Below are positions 9,783 through 21,063 of a stretch of 64,000 nucleotides of DNA, piece by piece. Every line of letters starts with the position of its first letter. The first letter of the stretch is position 1. The notes beneath the pieces are model-generated. The model saw nothing but the letters and a program-made list of their open reading frames with translations, searched no databases and had not been told where the DNA came from. The stretch is taken from the IMG/VR virus record IMGVR_UViG_3300024269_000048, positions 9,799-73,798 of that record. The stretch is one strand, 5' to 3'. A program made the translations under genes and the position numbers. Source of the stretch: a virus (taxonomy: Duplodnaviria; Caudoviricetes).

Positions 9783-10724
9783 CTAATTAAAATATTGTTC
9801 AAACTTCTCTAAAAGTATTTGACTATAATACTCAGACAGAATATCATACCTTCTTGCTAGTTCTCCTGCTTGCTCGGTTCTCACATATTCCCTAAATGTT
9901 AACCCCGTTTCTTTTATACCCTGTTGAAGATGCCATAATAATCCACTACTTTGGATTCCTCCGCTCGTTAGTTTCACGCCAAGATCTTGAGAGATTAGAG
10001 ATAACCTTCTTTGGACAAATCTGTATCTTCTCTCGGCATCTTGTTCATCATTCCAATTTGAATTATCGGATAAAGCGTTAAATCTGATCTTGTAAATCCA
10101 CTTTCCTGTTACCTTGCTTACTCTTGAGGTTGAGCCAAATGATATTAACTCATCTTCCTCACAAGCCTTGACAAGTAAATCATATACTTCTTTTGTTATT
10201 GGAATTGTTTTACCTGTCTTAAAATACACAACATAGTCTCTTGTATCAACTTGAGACACTTCAAAGAAAGTCAGTTCTTTAAGCCACTTTCCACCAAAAC
10301 CAATGAACAGCATTTCTAGTATTGCCTTGTCAATTTCGTTTAGTAAATTGGATTGCAAATCATTAATGTCTTCTCTGCTCAAAATTAAACTCTTTTGTTT
10401 CTTGGTATCAACTACCGTGCTCAATAAATCTTTTGTAATATTTTCGTATGCACTCCCAACCGCCTCACCATTACTATAATTAAACCATCTTGACGCATTC
10501 TTTAACAACAAGTTGGTATTTTGTAAAGATACCACTGAAATTGCATGAGCACTTTCGTACATCTCTAATGCTTCGTCTGTTGTAAACTGATAAAACGGTT
10601 TATCGAATCTGTCCTCAAACTCAACCGCTCTATTAAGAGCTGCCCTTGTTGTTGTCTCTATGATGATCCTGCTTCTTCCATACTCCGCTAAGAAATCTTC
10701 GATTTCCTTTTCGCTAGTATACAC
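9783..10724 (-). CDS. MrpR/YopR-like regulator with degenerate tyrosine-recombinase fold
   Basis: 313 aa; DKAILEMLFIGFGGKWLKEL segment like the integrase R-box but without RHR(H)Y catalytic set; adjacent to an intact recombinase as in SPbeta. Confidence 0.65.
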   Translation of the reverse strand: MYTSEKEIEDFLAEYGRSRIIIETTTRAALNRAVEFEDRFDKPFYQFTTDEALEMYESAHAISVVSLQNTNLLLKNASRWFNYSNGEAVGSAYENITKDLLSTVVDTKKQKSLILSREDINDLQSNLLNEIDKAILEMLFIGFGGKWLKELTFFEVSQVDTRDYVVYFKTGKTIPITKEVYDLLVKACEEDELISFGSTSRVSKVTGKWIYKIRFNALSDNSNWNDEQDAERRYRFVQRRLSLISQDLGVKLTSGGIQSSGLLWHLQQGIKETGLTFREYVRTEQAGELARRYDILSEYYSQILLEKFEQYFN

Positions 10725-10758
10725 ATATATCTACTCCTCTATAATTTATTTCAAGTTC

Positions 10759-10787
10759 ATTATAAACACGACAAAATGATATGTCAA
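10759..10787 (-). promoter_or_regulatory. consensus sigmaA promoter of the MrpR-like gene
   Basis: TTGACA-17 nt-TATAAT; spacer contains ACAAAATGAT (10771-10780) in inverted orientation. Confidence 0.75.
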
Positions 10788-10819
10788 CCATTTTGCCGTG
10801 TAATTTTATTTACAATACT

Positions 10820-11809
10820 TTACACCAATTTATCCAAAATTCCTACCGCATTTTTCTTGTTCTCGTCTAGAACCGCTACATAGCGAAGTGTAGTAGCTGT
10901 GGAACGGTGACCTAATATATTGCCAATCGTCTGAATATCAACCTTTGCGGCCGCCAAACTCGTCGCCGCACTAGATCTTAATTTATGAAGCGTAATTTTC
11001 TTTTGAATGCCTGCCTCTGAACAATATTTTTTCAACGCATCATTAGCGGCGTCGGGAGATAGTCTTCCATTCTTCTGAGAAATAAATAGTGCTGTGCCAT
11101 TAAAATCACCAAACGCTTTATCACGAACAGTGATCCATTCTTTAAGTACACCCATAATATTCTCACCGATTGGAATTTCTCTAACCTTTTGTCTTTTTTC
11201 AATAACTTTTATAATACCATCATCCCAGATAATATCTTCTTTGTTAATATTTACTATAGCACTGGCTCTCATTCCTGTAGCAATAGCTAAACTAAATAGA
11301 GCTTTATCTCTAGCCGCAATAACCTTGTTTGGATTGTTTTCTACAGCCTTAAGTAATTTTACTATTTCTGTTTTAGTTAAAAATGTTACCTTGTGCTCCG
11401 TATTATTCTTCGGTCTACTAACAATTCTCATTGGATTCTTGTCAATATATCCTCTCTTTATTAACCATTCAAAAAATGTATTCAGCGAAGACCACCTTGC
11501 CTGAAGAATATCATCTCCTGTTCTCTTTGTCCCATCCTTAGTTTCCCTTGTTTCCAAAGAAATCATATAGCTCTCCACGTCGCTGGATTCAATGTGCTTA
11601 TAGAAGTCCTCGGGGATATTGCCCTCATAAACAAAGTTGGCAAAATGCAAAACATTATTGATATATACACCAACCGTAGTATAGGCCTTTCTGTTTGCTC
11701 TCATTGAGGTGCAATACTCGCTAAGAATTTTAGGCATCCTCTGCAATTTAATTTTCATTTTATCATAGAACTGGGTTTCTTTTTCAAGTCTTCCCGCTAC
11801 ATTATTCAT
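10820..11809 (-). CDS. tyrosine recombinase/integrase (XerD-like)
   Basis: TGMRASA, HKLRSS, LGH and TLRY catalytic residues intact; start set at MNNVAG. Confidence 0.9.
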   Translation of the reverse strand: MNNVAGRLEKETQFYDKMKIKLQRMPKILSEYCTSMRANRKAYTTVGVYINNVLHFANFVYEGNIPEDFYKHIESSDVESYMISLETRETKDGTKRTGDDILQARWSSLNTFFEWLIKRGYIDKNPMRIVSRPKNNTEHKVTFLTKTEIVKLLKAVENNPNKVIAARDKALFSLAIATGMRASAIVNINKEDIIWDDGIIKVIEKRQKVREIPIGENIMGVLKEWITVRDKAFGDFNGTALFISQKNGRLSPDAANDALKKYCSEAGIQKKITLHKLRSSAATSLAAAKVDIQTIGNILGHRSTATTLRYVAVLDENKKNAVGILDKLV

Positions 11810-11822
11810 AATATAATCTCCT

Positions 11823-12140
11823 CTATCTATTGTGTCTTGTAATAAACCTTGCCCAAATGACTGTCGCAATAATCCAAATGACCCAATTGCCCTTGAAGAT
11901 TGAGCCGACGAACATCACAATTACATAAAAGAATGTCGCGGTGCTGTCTTCTATCGTATTTGGATGATCAAAAGTTTCCTTTTTGGGTGGCATCAACGAA
12001 TTGCCATCCTCATCAAACATTGGCTCCAAACCTTTATCTCGCAACTCCTTAATTCGTAATCTATTAAGTTCTCTCTGAAATTCTTTTTTCTCTTCTTTAT
12101 GCTTTTCACGCTCTTTAATCATGTCGTCAAAAGTAATCAT
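11823..12140 (-). CDS. small membrane protein
   Basis: C-terminal hydrophobic segments FFYVIVMFVGSIF, WVIWIIATVIWA. Confidence 0.6.
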   Translation of the reverse strand: MITFDDMIKEREKHKEEKKEFQRELNRLRIKELRDKGLEPMFDEDGNSLMPPKKETFDHPNTIEDSTATFFYVIVMFVGSIFKGNWVIWIIATVIWARFITRHNR

Positions 12141-12152
12141 GCATTGCCCTCC

Positions 12153-12641
12153 TTAACCATAAAAGGTTGCGAGTACCTGCTTTCGAGCTTTTCTAAGCTC
12201 CTTCTTTTGCTCATGCTGTCTCCAGAAGTCGTGTTCCTCGTACTTCTGCAACGCATCACACTGCTTGCCAAGGCACCCGCGCCCTTTCAGTGTCTTGGTT
12301 GTCAAAGCAGCTTTATGAAACATACAGTAGCCTACGGCCTTGTTTCTACGAATTTCCGAGCCATAAAGGCCCGGCAGAACTTCTACATTATTTATTTCCA
12401 TTATACAACCTCCTTAAACAATATCTTCAATAATACTGATTGCATCTTCAATAGACGACACGGCCTCTTCCATCTGATCGATGGCCTCTTCTGCGTCCAT
12501 ACCACGCTGACTTCCTTGAAGATTCTCAGGCATATTATCGAAGTAATCCTGCTCGTCAGAACAAATTGTCTCAAGTTCACTCTTTATATTCTCCATATCC
12601 TCTAACCATTTTCTCAGTTGCTGTCTTCTTGTCTTGTTCAT
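12153..12641 (-). other. two small hypothetical ORFs (12153-12401, 12414-12641)
   Basis: ORF track, RBS, promoter at 12667-12695. Confidence 0.6.
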
Positions 12642-12666
12642 AACATTTTTCTCCTTTTTTCTTTGT

Positions 12667-12704
12667 ATTATAGCATATATTTTCCATTTTGTCAATCATT
12701 TTGT
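12667..12704 (-). promoter_or_regulatory. sigmaA promoter with ACAAAATGATT overlapping -35
   Basis: ACAAAATGATTGACA-17 nt-TATAAT on minus strand. Confidence 0.7.
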
Positions 12705-12757
12705 TTTGTTTAACAAAAAGTTTACAATTAGAAAAGAGATGATTACTCATCTCCCAC

Positions 12758-13117
12758 TTATCTTGCCCATCTTTGCTCAACCCAGGCCTCAATGCCTATC
12801 TTATCATCCTCTTCCTTTGCATTAACATACACAATCTCAATGCCCATACCATACAACTTATTGATAAGAAGTTGTTGCTTCTGTGTGTCCCTTGCAAATC
12901 TTGACGGATCTTTAGTTACAACCACATCTCCATTTTCTAACACGTTGAATAACTTGTCTAACTCTTCTCTGCTTAAATTGTGAGCACTTACGCCGTCATC
13001 ACAGAAGCATATTGTAAGATCCAATCCCTTTGCCTTACAATAATTTGATACTAATTCTATTTGCTCCTCTATATTTCCGGCCCTTGCTGTTCTACAATAT
13101 CCATATACTTTACTCAT
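12758..13117 (-). CDS. stand-alone serine-recombinase (resolvase) catalytic-domain homolog, probably inactive
   Basis: VYGYCRTAR, DDGVSA, GDVVVTKDPSRFARD; Ala where RVST has the Ser nucleophile. Confidence 0.75.
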   Translation of the reverse strand: MSKVYGYCRTARAGNIEEQIELVSNYCKAKGLDLTICFCDDGVSAHNLSREELDKLFNVLENGDVVVTKDPSRFARDTQKQQLLINKLYGMGIEIVYVNAKEEDDKIGIEAWVEQRWAR

Positions 13118-13182
13118 TATAAATCTCTCCTTTTTATTATGTAATCACTTTGATGTGTTTACACAGAATAAAGATCTGTTTA

Positions 13183-14636
13183 TTAACAGATCTTCTGAAT
13201 ATCCTTTTGCATTTGTGACAAGCATTTATCGCAAATATGGAATGATGTAATACTGTCTACTGGGTCAATACGTTGAATTTTGATCTTAATGTTTCCATTG
13301 TCTGCCCCACAAGTTAGACAATGTCCACCCTCTTTGCTTTGAGTTAATTCGATAATTTTATTTTCCATTATAAACCCTCCATTATTCTTCTATATGAAAC
13401 TTATCGTAACATTCTTTATGAACTCCGCTATTGAAGATGTCCATAATTGCCACCGCCACTTCTTTTGCATATTTCATTAATTCAATATGCTCATCCATTT
13501 GCTCGGGAAACAGTCTTCTGTGTCCGGCGGATATATAAATCCCGGTCGGATAACACTTATCTCCATTAAAGTCTTCTTGAAGATAGAATTCAACCTCTCC
13601 GTGCAGTTTCTCATTCGGTCTGATTGCTACGGTATAAATATTTCCATTAGATGGATATTGTGAAAACCATACCTTGGTTCCATCTATATCATATCTATAG
13701 AAGATATCACCCTCATCTCTTGATTTTGTTAGTTCTAATATTGTTTTCATAACTAATCCTCCTACATATTCTAATGTTGTCATTATACCATGTTGTTTTT
13801 CAACAATACAGTATTATTTAATTAATGTGTCCTAGAACTACAGTAATCACAGCCTGATATAAATCCTCCTTGTCTTCAATTGCCCAACCTACTGCTTTTT
13901 CTAAACCTTTAATTTCATTTTCTGATAATGTTAATTGAATACTTGTGTCTTCCATTATTAATTCCTCCTTTATCTATCATACATTCCTACTTCAATATCC
14001 TCGCCATCATGCCACTCCAGAAAATCTTCTACAGCGTCATCATCTGCTACGTAAAAATAGTAGGTATACTCACGCCAATATTCGTTTGCCCACTCTACAA
14101 ACATCTGCAAAGCGGACTCATATGCTTCACCCACGATGTTCCAAAATTCCTGTACTCCGGTATCTTCATCTATAACATCTGCTGTAAATAACTGCAGCCC
14201 GTTAGGAAGTTTCATAAAATCTTCCTCCTCACCCGAACACTATTTCATCAAACAGACCCAACTGGAATATAGTATCTCCAATGCTTCCATCTAAACTATC
14301 AATGTCTCCGTCCCAATAGTTTTGTTCAACAGCCAACTGCATTCCATGGACCAACTTGTCCAAAGTTAGATCCCAAACCTCTTCGTCGTCCTCAACATCA
14401 ATCAGCTGAATTGACTCGCCCGACTTCAATATATGGAAGAATACATCCTCAAAAGTCGCATCATCGTCCTCTAGTTCCTTGTGTGCCTTGTGCCACACTT
14501 CGGTAGTATTGTCGATACAAGACCAATATCCAATGTCATAAACCGCCGTGCTGATAATGTCTAAAATATCACTATCATCATATGTGAATGTTTTTGCAAA
14601 TGTATATTTGTTCATTTTAATCCTCTCCTTCATCAT
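13183..14636 (-). other. cluster of small hypothetical ORFs (13183-13368, 13382-13783, 13970-14215, 14229-14636)
   Basis: Co-directional ORFs with GGAGG-type RBS. Confidence 0.55.
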
Positions 14637-14646
14637 TAATAATATT

Positions 14647-15294
14647 TTAGTTAAATAAATCTACAATTATTGGACCGTCATAACCCTTCTCAAAAACAAA
14701 CCAAGCGTAACATACTGCACTGCTCACCTCTTTAGGGTTGCCGCTCTTATCGTATTTGATATTGCCGTCCTTATCTCTGTCATAGAAATCTCCGTTCTTA
14801 CCACAAGGAATTCTTGATGATGACACCCATATCTTCTTGGGCGGATATTTTCTAAACAGATCCTTTCGGCCCGAGCTCTCCAAGAATGTCAGCTTTAAGA
14901 ACATACATACCTTGTGCCCGTCAGTCACAATATCCATGGCGTGCTCCACAAATTCCTGGGCGAGTTTGTAAGGTGGATTGGTTATAATATCAGCATCAAC
15001 CGCATCATTAAACTCCAGGAAGTCAACGCCGCCTTCTCCATATCCTCTGTCTATCTTGTCCATAGACCGGACACTAAAACCGTGTGCCTCAAGTACCTTT
15101 GATATGTGACCCTCTCCACAACACGGTTCCAAAATATTATTATCAAATTCCTCCAAATCCAGCAACATCTCTACCGCTTTGGGATGTGTTGCATAATAAT
15201 CATTCTCTTCACGCTCTTCTTCTACGTGATTACTTGCTCCAAGAGTTACATAAATACTCTTTGTGTTTCCACTCCAATCTTTCTGCCGCTCCAT
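14647..15294 (-). CDS. orphan amino-(N6A/N4C) DNA methyltransferase
   Basis: LEPCCGEG SAM-binding motif and ITNPPY catalytic motif. Confidence 0.85.
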   Translation of the reverse strand: MERQKDWSGNTKSIYVTLGASNHVEEEREENDYYATHPKAVEMLLDLEEFDNNILEPCCGEGHISKVLEAHGFSVRSMDKIDRGYGEGGVDFLEFNDAVDADIITNPPYKLAQEFVEHAMDIVTDGHKVCMFLKLTFLESSGRKDLFRKYPPKKIWVSSSRIPCGKNGDFYDRDKDGNIKYDKSGNPKEVSSAVCYAWFVFEKGYDGPIIVDLFN

Positions 15295-15309
15295 CGTTAT
15301 ATTCCTTTC

Positions 15310-16484
15310 TTATATTTGAAAAATATTTAAATCTTCTTTTCTGTGTCTTATAAATTTATCTCTTGTAGAGATATCTATTAACTTACCACAAGGCTCATAT
15401 GGATCATGAGTCAACTCCTCTATATCTCTAATCGCCTTTTTGAATGCCTCGCGAGTATCCGTTACTGTTCTATTCCAAAACGCCAGACACTCCTTAAAAA
15501 ATCCCTCTATTATTAACTCTGTTTCTTTTTCATTTAACACTTAAATCCATCCTTTCGTTTTAGAATCATTATTTTATTTGTACTCTGCCTTAAATCCTTC
15601 AATGCAATATTCATATTTGTCAGATAAATAATCGCACAATTCATCCGCATAACCATCAATATTTTCTAACAGATATTCGTTATCCTCGTCAATGTCAATT
15701 ACAACTCGTTTGGGTAAATTTGCCGATTTAGGAGCATCCCACTTAATATTTGCCACAACAATCTGTTTTACATTTTTCATAATTAAATCCTCCGTGTTAA
15801 AATTACTCTTTTATGTGCAAATATTATTAGTTTCTCCACATTTAGTACACTCACATTGATAGCAATGCCCACAAGCTTCGCTAACTCCCATTGAGGCAAT
15901 TCCCAAAAACAATCTCGCTACAATAGGCATATCACATCGAATAATTTCCTGTTTCGTATTTTTACAACAATTCCAGCAATAACCGACTAAATATTTCTTT
16001 TTCATATACTTTTACCACCTAAAATCGTCATTTATCTCCAATAAGTTTTGCAGAATCCTTGCTCTGGGTCTCCGTAACTTCTCATATCACATTCTTCATA
16101 AGTTCCTTTATATGAAGCAGATACAAGTTTCAACGGATATTTCAGTTTGTCAATTTGTTCATCATAGCAACCAATATCAATACCCTTACAACGATTATTC
16201 TGTAAACAAGTCTTTCCACGCTCAAGAATATCTTTCATAGTAGACGGATATTCTTCTCCGTCATAAATCATTCCTTCGCATTTATTCCAATATGCAAGAA
16301 TACCATACAAATCAGCATTTTCTTTTGCATCATCGTATTCAAAAACATATCCATAATCATAATAAATATCCTTAATAAATCCTCCACCAAACTCTTGTGG
16401 AATTAAAATCTTATAACTATCTCCATCTGTCAAATTACTTCTCTTTGTGGTTTTGTCTGCTCTCGTCCAAGAAAAACTTCCCAT
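15310..16484 (-). other. four small hypothetical ORFs (15310-15540, 15574-15780, 15811-16005, 16032-16484)
   Basis: Co-directional ORFs with RBS. Confidence 0.55.
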
Positions 16485-16535
16485 AATTAACTCCTCCTAA
16501 TAAAATTATCATTTTCTTAATCATTTTGTTTTGTA

Positions 16536-17159
16536 TCAATGCTTAGTAAAATATACATTCTGGCCTCTCTTTAATGTCCAACAAGCCTGGCACTCATAGC
16601 ATTTTCCTGTACAAGGAATACTGTCATGAGGAATAAGATCATTCGCAAAGTCCTTACCATATACATAGGTCATAGGAAGATTATAAGGGTTTTCAGGAAT
16701 CCAATCACTCCAAGCGCTGAATACTATGCTTAAGTTCTTCGGAATTCTCTTGCCCTTTGCCAGGAAATCATTTACAATCTTAAACTTCTTAGTGAAACAA
16801 AGATAATGAGTGTCCTTATTCTTTCTTGCTACCTTACACATACCCTCAAGATATTCCATATTGACGATATCACCACTTGAATGCCATCTAACAAATCTTG
16901 CAAGTGCCGTCTGAGTTGCTATACTTTCAAAATACAACTTCGGATTTTTCACATATGCCTCCAAGTTCTCCTGTAAGGAAGTCTTAACGCTAGGGAAGAG
17001 CCAATTGCCCTTCATTGCATAACAGCCCTTTCTACAAGGCACATCTGCTGCACAAGTTATTCCTGCCGGAAGATTAATGCTCAAAATTGCCGCACCTAAT
17101 TTACTATTTGTGTTTGATACATTTACATATTGTTTTCCCATTTTACATTTCTCCTTCAT
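16536..17159 (-). CDS. GP88-like Cys-rich phage protein (radical-SAM-like)
   Basis: TC....CRKGCYA, RWHSSGD, C...CYECQACW. Confidence 0.65.
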   Translation of the reverse strand: MKEKCKMGKQYVNVSNTNSKLGAAILSINLPAGITCAADVPCRKGCYAMKGNWLFPSVKTSLQENLEAYVKNPKLYFESIATQTALARFVRWHSSGDIVNMEYLEGMCKVARKNKDTHYLCFTKKFKIVNDFLAKGKRIPKNLSIVFSAWSDWIPENPYNLPMTYVYGKDFANDLIPHDSIPCTGKCYECQACWTLKRGQNVYFTKH

Positions 17160-17237
17160 TATATCATATTATTCATCATAAAGTAACCGTTTGCATTTTA
17201 TGCCGAGGTTTAACCGCCTCGGCTCGGTTTATTTTAT

Positions 17238-17636
17238 TTATACTATTCCTTCGCGAATATGTCCGCTGTTTCTCTCAACCGTATCCATAAGGAACGATAC
17301 ACGCTCATCCTGAGTCATATGTTCCCAACAATAATTAAGTATTGCTTCAAATACCTCGATGGCCGTGTTGCTACCCATATTCACAATGTTAGTAAGCTTC
17401 TGTGTCTGACAAAATTCTACAACATCTTTAAGGGTCATCAGCTTCGTTCTAATTAAAATTCTGGTTGCCCTATTAGACAACCCTACATCAAGAACCGACA
17501 CATCCAAATCTGCTGCACCATAAGGAATGGCTACATTTCTTGTAGTGTACACTCTCGATAATGCCTTAGAAAGCTTATCACCCTCTACCATTTTGCTAAC
17601 AATAATGTCCATAACGTCAATGTTTTTCTGTGTCAT
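17238..17636 (-). CDS. RNA polymerase alpha-subunit CTD-like protein
   Basis: DVSVLDVGLSNRATRILIR...TLKDVV...NMGSNTAIEV parallels alphaCTD LSVRSYNCLK..I.T..DL...NLG.KS..EI. Confidence 0.7.
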   Translation of the reverse strand: MTQKNIDVMDIIVSKMVEGDKLSKALSRVYTTRNVAIPYGAADLDVSVLDVGLSNRATRILIRTKLMTLKDVVEFCQTQKLTNIVNMGSNTAIEVFEAILNYCWEHMTQDERVSFLMDTVERNSGHIREGIV

Positions 17637-17672
17637 AATTAAATTCTCCTTTAAATCATTTTGTATTGTTTA

Positions 17673-18372
17673 TTAATTATTTTCTTCTTCATCTGCTATC
17701 CATTCGTCAGCCAAAGTTTCCGGCGACATCCAGTCTAAGTGGTCAAACAAATCTTCTGCATCACAGCCCGTTCCTTCACATAAGGCTTCAAGGTCTGCTC
17801 TTGTATAACCGCTAGTAGCAACATAACTGTTACCCTCTAAGTCTGAAGCCGCAGCTTCTTTAGCATTAAACTCAAACAAACGGCCTCTGTTCTCATCGTC
17901 ATTGTCAAATCCAAATTCGTTTATATAGCAAACTCCAACACCTGTCTCAAAAGCGTGTCTATCTTTATATACAACACCCTCATTGCAATAACAACCAAAC
18001 TTGCCATACTCACCAAAGTAGTAAGTCTCTTCATCTGTTACCATTTTCCAGCCTGCTGGATACACTTTTTCAATTTTCATAATATATTCCTCCTATTTAA
18101 TTATTTTTAAAACACCCTCTTGAATTAATAAAACCTCTAAGTTCATATCCATCATTTTCATACTTACGACGAATATCGCTATCTTCTAAATAGTGACACG
18201 TTTCTCCAAAAACATTTTTAAAAGTATCGTCGCTTTCTTGAAAAAGATCTCCCTGTACACAAAAATACTTTCTTCCTTTTTTGAAAATCATTCGTGCTTG
18301 ATGGTCTCTATAAAACTCTTCTTGACAATAATTAACACATTTCTTTTCGTTAGTCCAAAACAAGTTATCCAT
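17673..18372 (-). other. two hypothetical ORFs (17673-18080, 18097-18372)
   Basis: ORF track with RBS. Confidence 0.55.
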
Positions 18373-18380
18373 GATTCCCC

Positions 18381-18965
18381 CTAAATTTTTGCTGATTTCA
18401 AAGATGCTTTACATTGGCTACAACGATACAATCCTGGATGTTGCACAATTTTACAATTGCTCTTATACTTCCATTCGGCATTACAGTCGGGACAAAACAC
18501 CCTATATCTATCTACGCTGTGAGCCTTGCGCTCCGCTCTAGCTTGTCTTGCCGATTCCTTGAAAGTTTCATTATTAGATAATCTACTTGCTTCAATATTC
18601 CAACGACTACCAATTTTGTCTGCCCTCACTTTCCACAGATAACCGTGGTCTTCTTTCGGTGAAACAAAATGTCCGAACTCATGACACAGTACGCTTCTTA
18701 TTTCGTCATAATCTTGACCTAATCTTTGACTTAACAGAATAATACATCTTGTGGCTCTAACCCTGTCAACATTCATTTCACGAGAATTTCGGAATGTTTG
18801 CCAACAATATCCAAGATGTCTATAAGAATTGTCTTGATACAACTCCGGTTCACAATCCTCAAAGTAATGAGGATAAAGAGACTTTGCTTCATCTTGTACT
18901 TCTTCCCAAATGGCCCATATCTTAGGATCGGTTACATCTTTATAGGTTTTCTTTCTGTAAACCAT
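18381..18965 (-). CDS. SprT-like zinc metalloprotease
   Basis: HEFGH (HExxH), downstream HG..W, C-terminal CPDC/CSQC zinc ribbon. Confidence 0.75.
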   Translation of the reverse strand: MVYRKKTYKDVTDPKIWAIWEEVQDEAKSLYPHYFEDCEPELYQDNSYRHLGYCWQTFRNSREMNVDRVRATRCIILLSQRLGQDYDEIRSVLCHEFGHFVSPKEDHGYLWKVRADKIGSRWNIEASRLSNNETFKESARQARAERKAHSVDRYRVFCPDCNAEWKYKSNCKIVQHPGLYRCSQCKASLKSAKI

Positions 18966-18967
18966 AT

Positions 18968-20682
18968 TTATTCCTCCACTTCATCAACAGGTAAGTTGCC
19001 GATATAATTATCAAGCGTATATTGTACGCTCATCCAATATGATTCAAAGTAGCCATCATTCTTACTTAGATTATGAAGTGCGAAACTTGCTATCTCACTA
19101 ATATCGTCTTCTGACAGGTCTACGTCGTATTCACCTTGCTGATAACAGTTTTTTACATCCTCAATCATACAGTCAAGTTTGTATTCTTCATTAGCCTGAA
19201 TCATTTCACTAAAAGTAAGTTCATACTCTTTGCCGTCTCTATAAATTTTCATAATTTATTCCTCCCCTAAAAGCTGTTTTACATATTCTTTGTCTTGATA
19301 CTCGTTGTCACAAAACTCTTCGTAACATGCCCAAATCTCACTATGAAAACCATAGCCGAATTCCCAGTCTTCAAAGATTGCATTCAAATCAATTAATTCA
19401 TCTTCATCGACCTCTTCTATGCAAGACTGTAATTCTTTGATTAAGTCTGTTAGTGTGTATCCGTGCTGAATCATCCAATCCAGCTTATATGCCTCATATG
19501 CTCTTTTTCTACGACTCGTTTTTGCCATAATTTATTCTACCTCCTGTTGTTCCGACCAACCCGCTTTTCTTGCAAGTGCAATCAGTTCATTAATATCTTC
19601 ATTTGAAATGTTAAGTTCGCGCCAATCATATTCCTCATAACTGTCATTTTCTTCTATATGTCTTGTTGGCGAGCATTCTGCTGTCACATATGATGCCTCA
19701 GCATGTTTTGTAGGAAATTCAAGACTAATCTCCATAGATACTGCTTCGGGATAATCATCATAAAATATTTCCTTTGGTGCTATAAAATACAACACCGTTT
19801 CTCCGTCATCTTTGTTCCACGCCTCATCAAATTCAATTCTTTTATCAATCATTTTGTCGCCTCTTTCAGTCTCATATATACACTAAAGACCCAGTCTTCT
19901 CTTTCATATTTATCTGCATCATCCCAAGAGCCACACTCTTCTTCATACTCTTTTGCTGCTTGCTCTTGTGCTATTCTCCATAGTTTTTCATCAAACATAA
20001 TAATCCTCCTTAAATTTTATATGCGGCCAAGTTCCAAGAATGGCCCATCTCATAATATAATCCATATTTTTCAAATAACTTTCCGAACTGCTCTTCAAGT
20101 TTAACCCAACCACGAGTATAACCATTCAGTACATAGTTCAGTCCACCCTCAAATGACATCGAAAGCGTTTCCGGATTTGCATATTCAAAGTAATCACAAG
20201 GGTTGCGATTCTCATACTCATACAAGTCTTCGGCAATCTTCTTGCCTTTAACACCGCCCCACGTCTCACTATTGGACCAGGCTTTACCATCAAAGTAGAT
20301 TATATTGTCTCCCCACAAGTCGTGCTTTTGGCACCACTCAAAAATATCTATTGCTAACAGTTTATATTTACTAAATACTATGTTATTTTCCATGTTAATC
20401 TTCCTCCTGTTCGTGTATTCCTACTACAAACTTATTTGTATAATCTTCATCGTCACTGTCGCCCCATACAAGACAATCAACGAAATCATTATTTGTTTCA
20501 AACTCTTTTGTTGTACTGTTAATATCATAGTGAGGTCTTACCAAACAAATATCTTGGATAATAGTCCCATCTTCCTCCTCTAAAAATACACATAACTCTG
20601 GTGGTATCTCTGGACCGTTATTATCATAAATTTCTGCTACAATTTTCTTATTACCGAGTTGAATTATTAATCTGTTTTTCAT
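18968..20682 (-). other. small hypothetical ORFs (18968-19252, 19256-19528, 19532-19852, 20010-20393, 20395-20682)
   Basis: Tightly packed co-directional ORFs with RBS. Confidence 0.55.
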
Positions 20683-20699
20683 ATCAATCTCTCCTTAAT

Positions 20700-21063
20700 T
20701 TTTATTTTTATATACACTCATGAACTTGTAAGCTTTCTTTAATTGTTTCATGGAGGAGCTGCGATAGCAGGTCAGGGAACCGTTATGAATCTCGGATAGG
20801 GATTATTAACGGTTCGATCACCTGATTAACGCAGCTGAACTGAATTATATTCTCTTGTGTATACTGGCGCTTATACCAACACACTCTGCATTTCTGTAGA
20901 TATTACTTTATCGGTCTCATATAGGATACTGCTTTCGATGAGAAACAGCAGTTGGGGCTGGTGTTAACCAGCCTGAACTGCTGTATCTCATAGTTATAGC
21001 AGTATCTTTGTTGAATTGAAATGCCTTGTGTGTTCTGCATTATCTATATGCAATTTGTTTTAA
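20700..21063 (-). ncRNA. satellite array of two hairpin units (same family as the RT-adjacent array)
   Basis: Motif CTTTAATTGTTTCAT / CTTTATCGGTCTCAT followed by hairpins 20757-20836 and 20925-21006, then TGAAT; period 169 nt. Confidence 0.75.
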
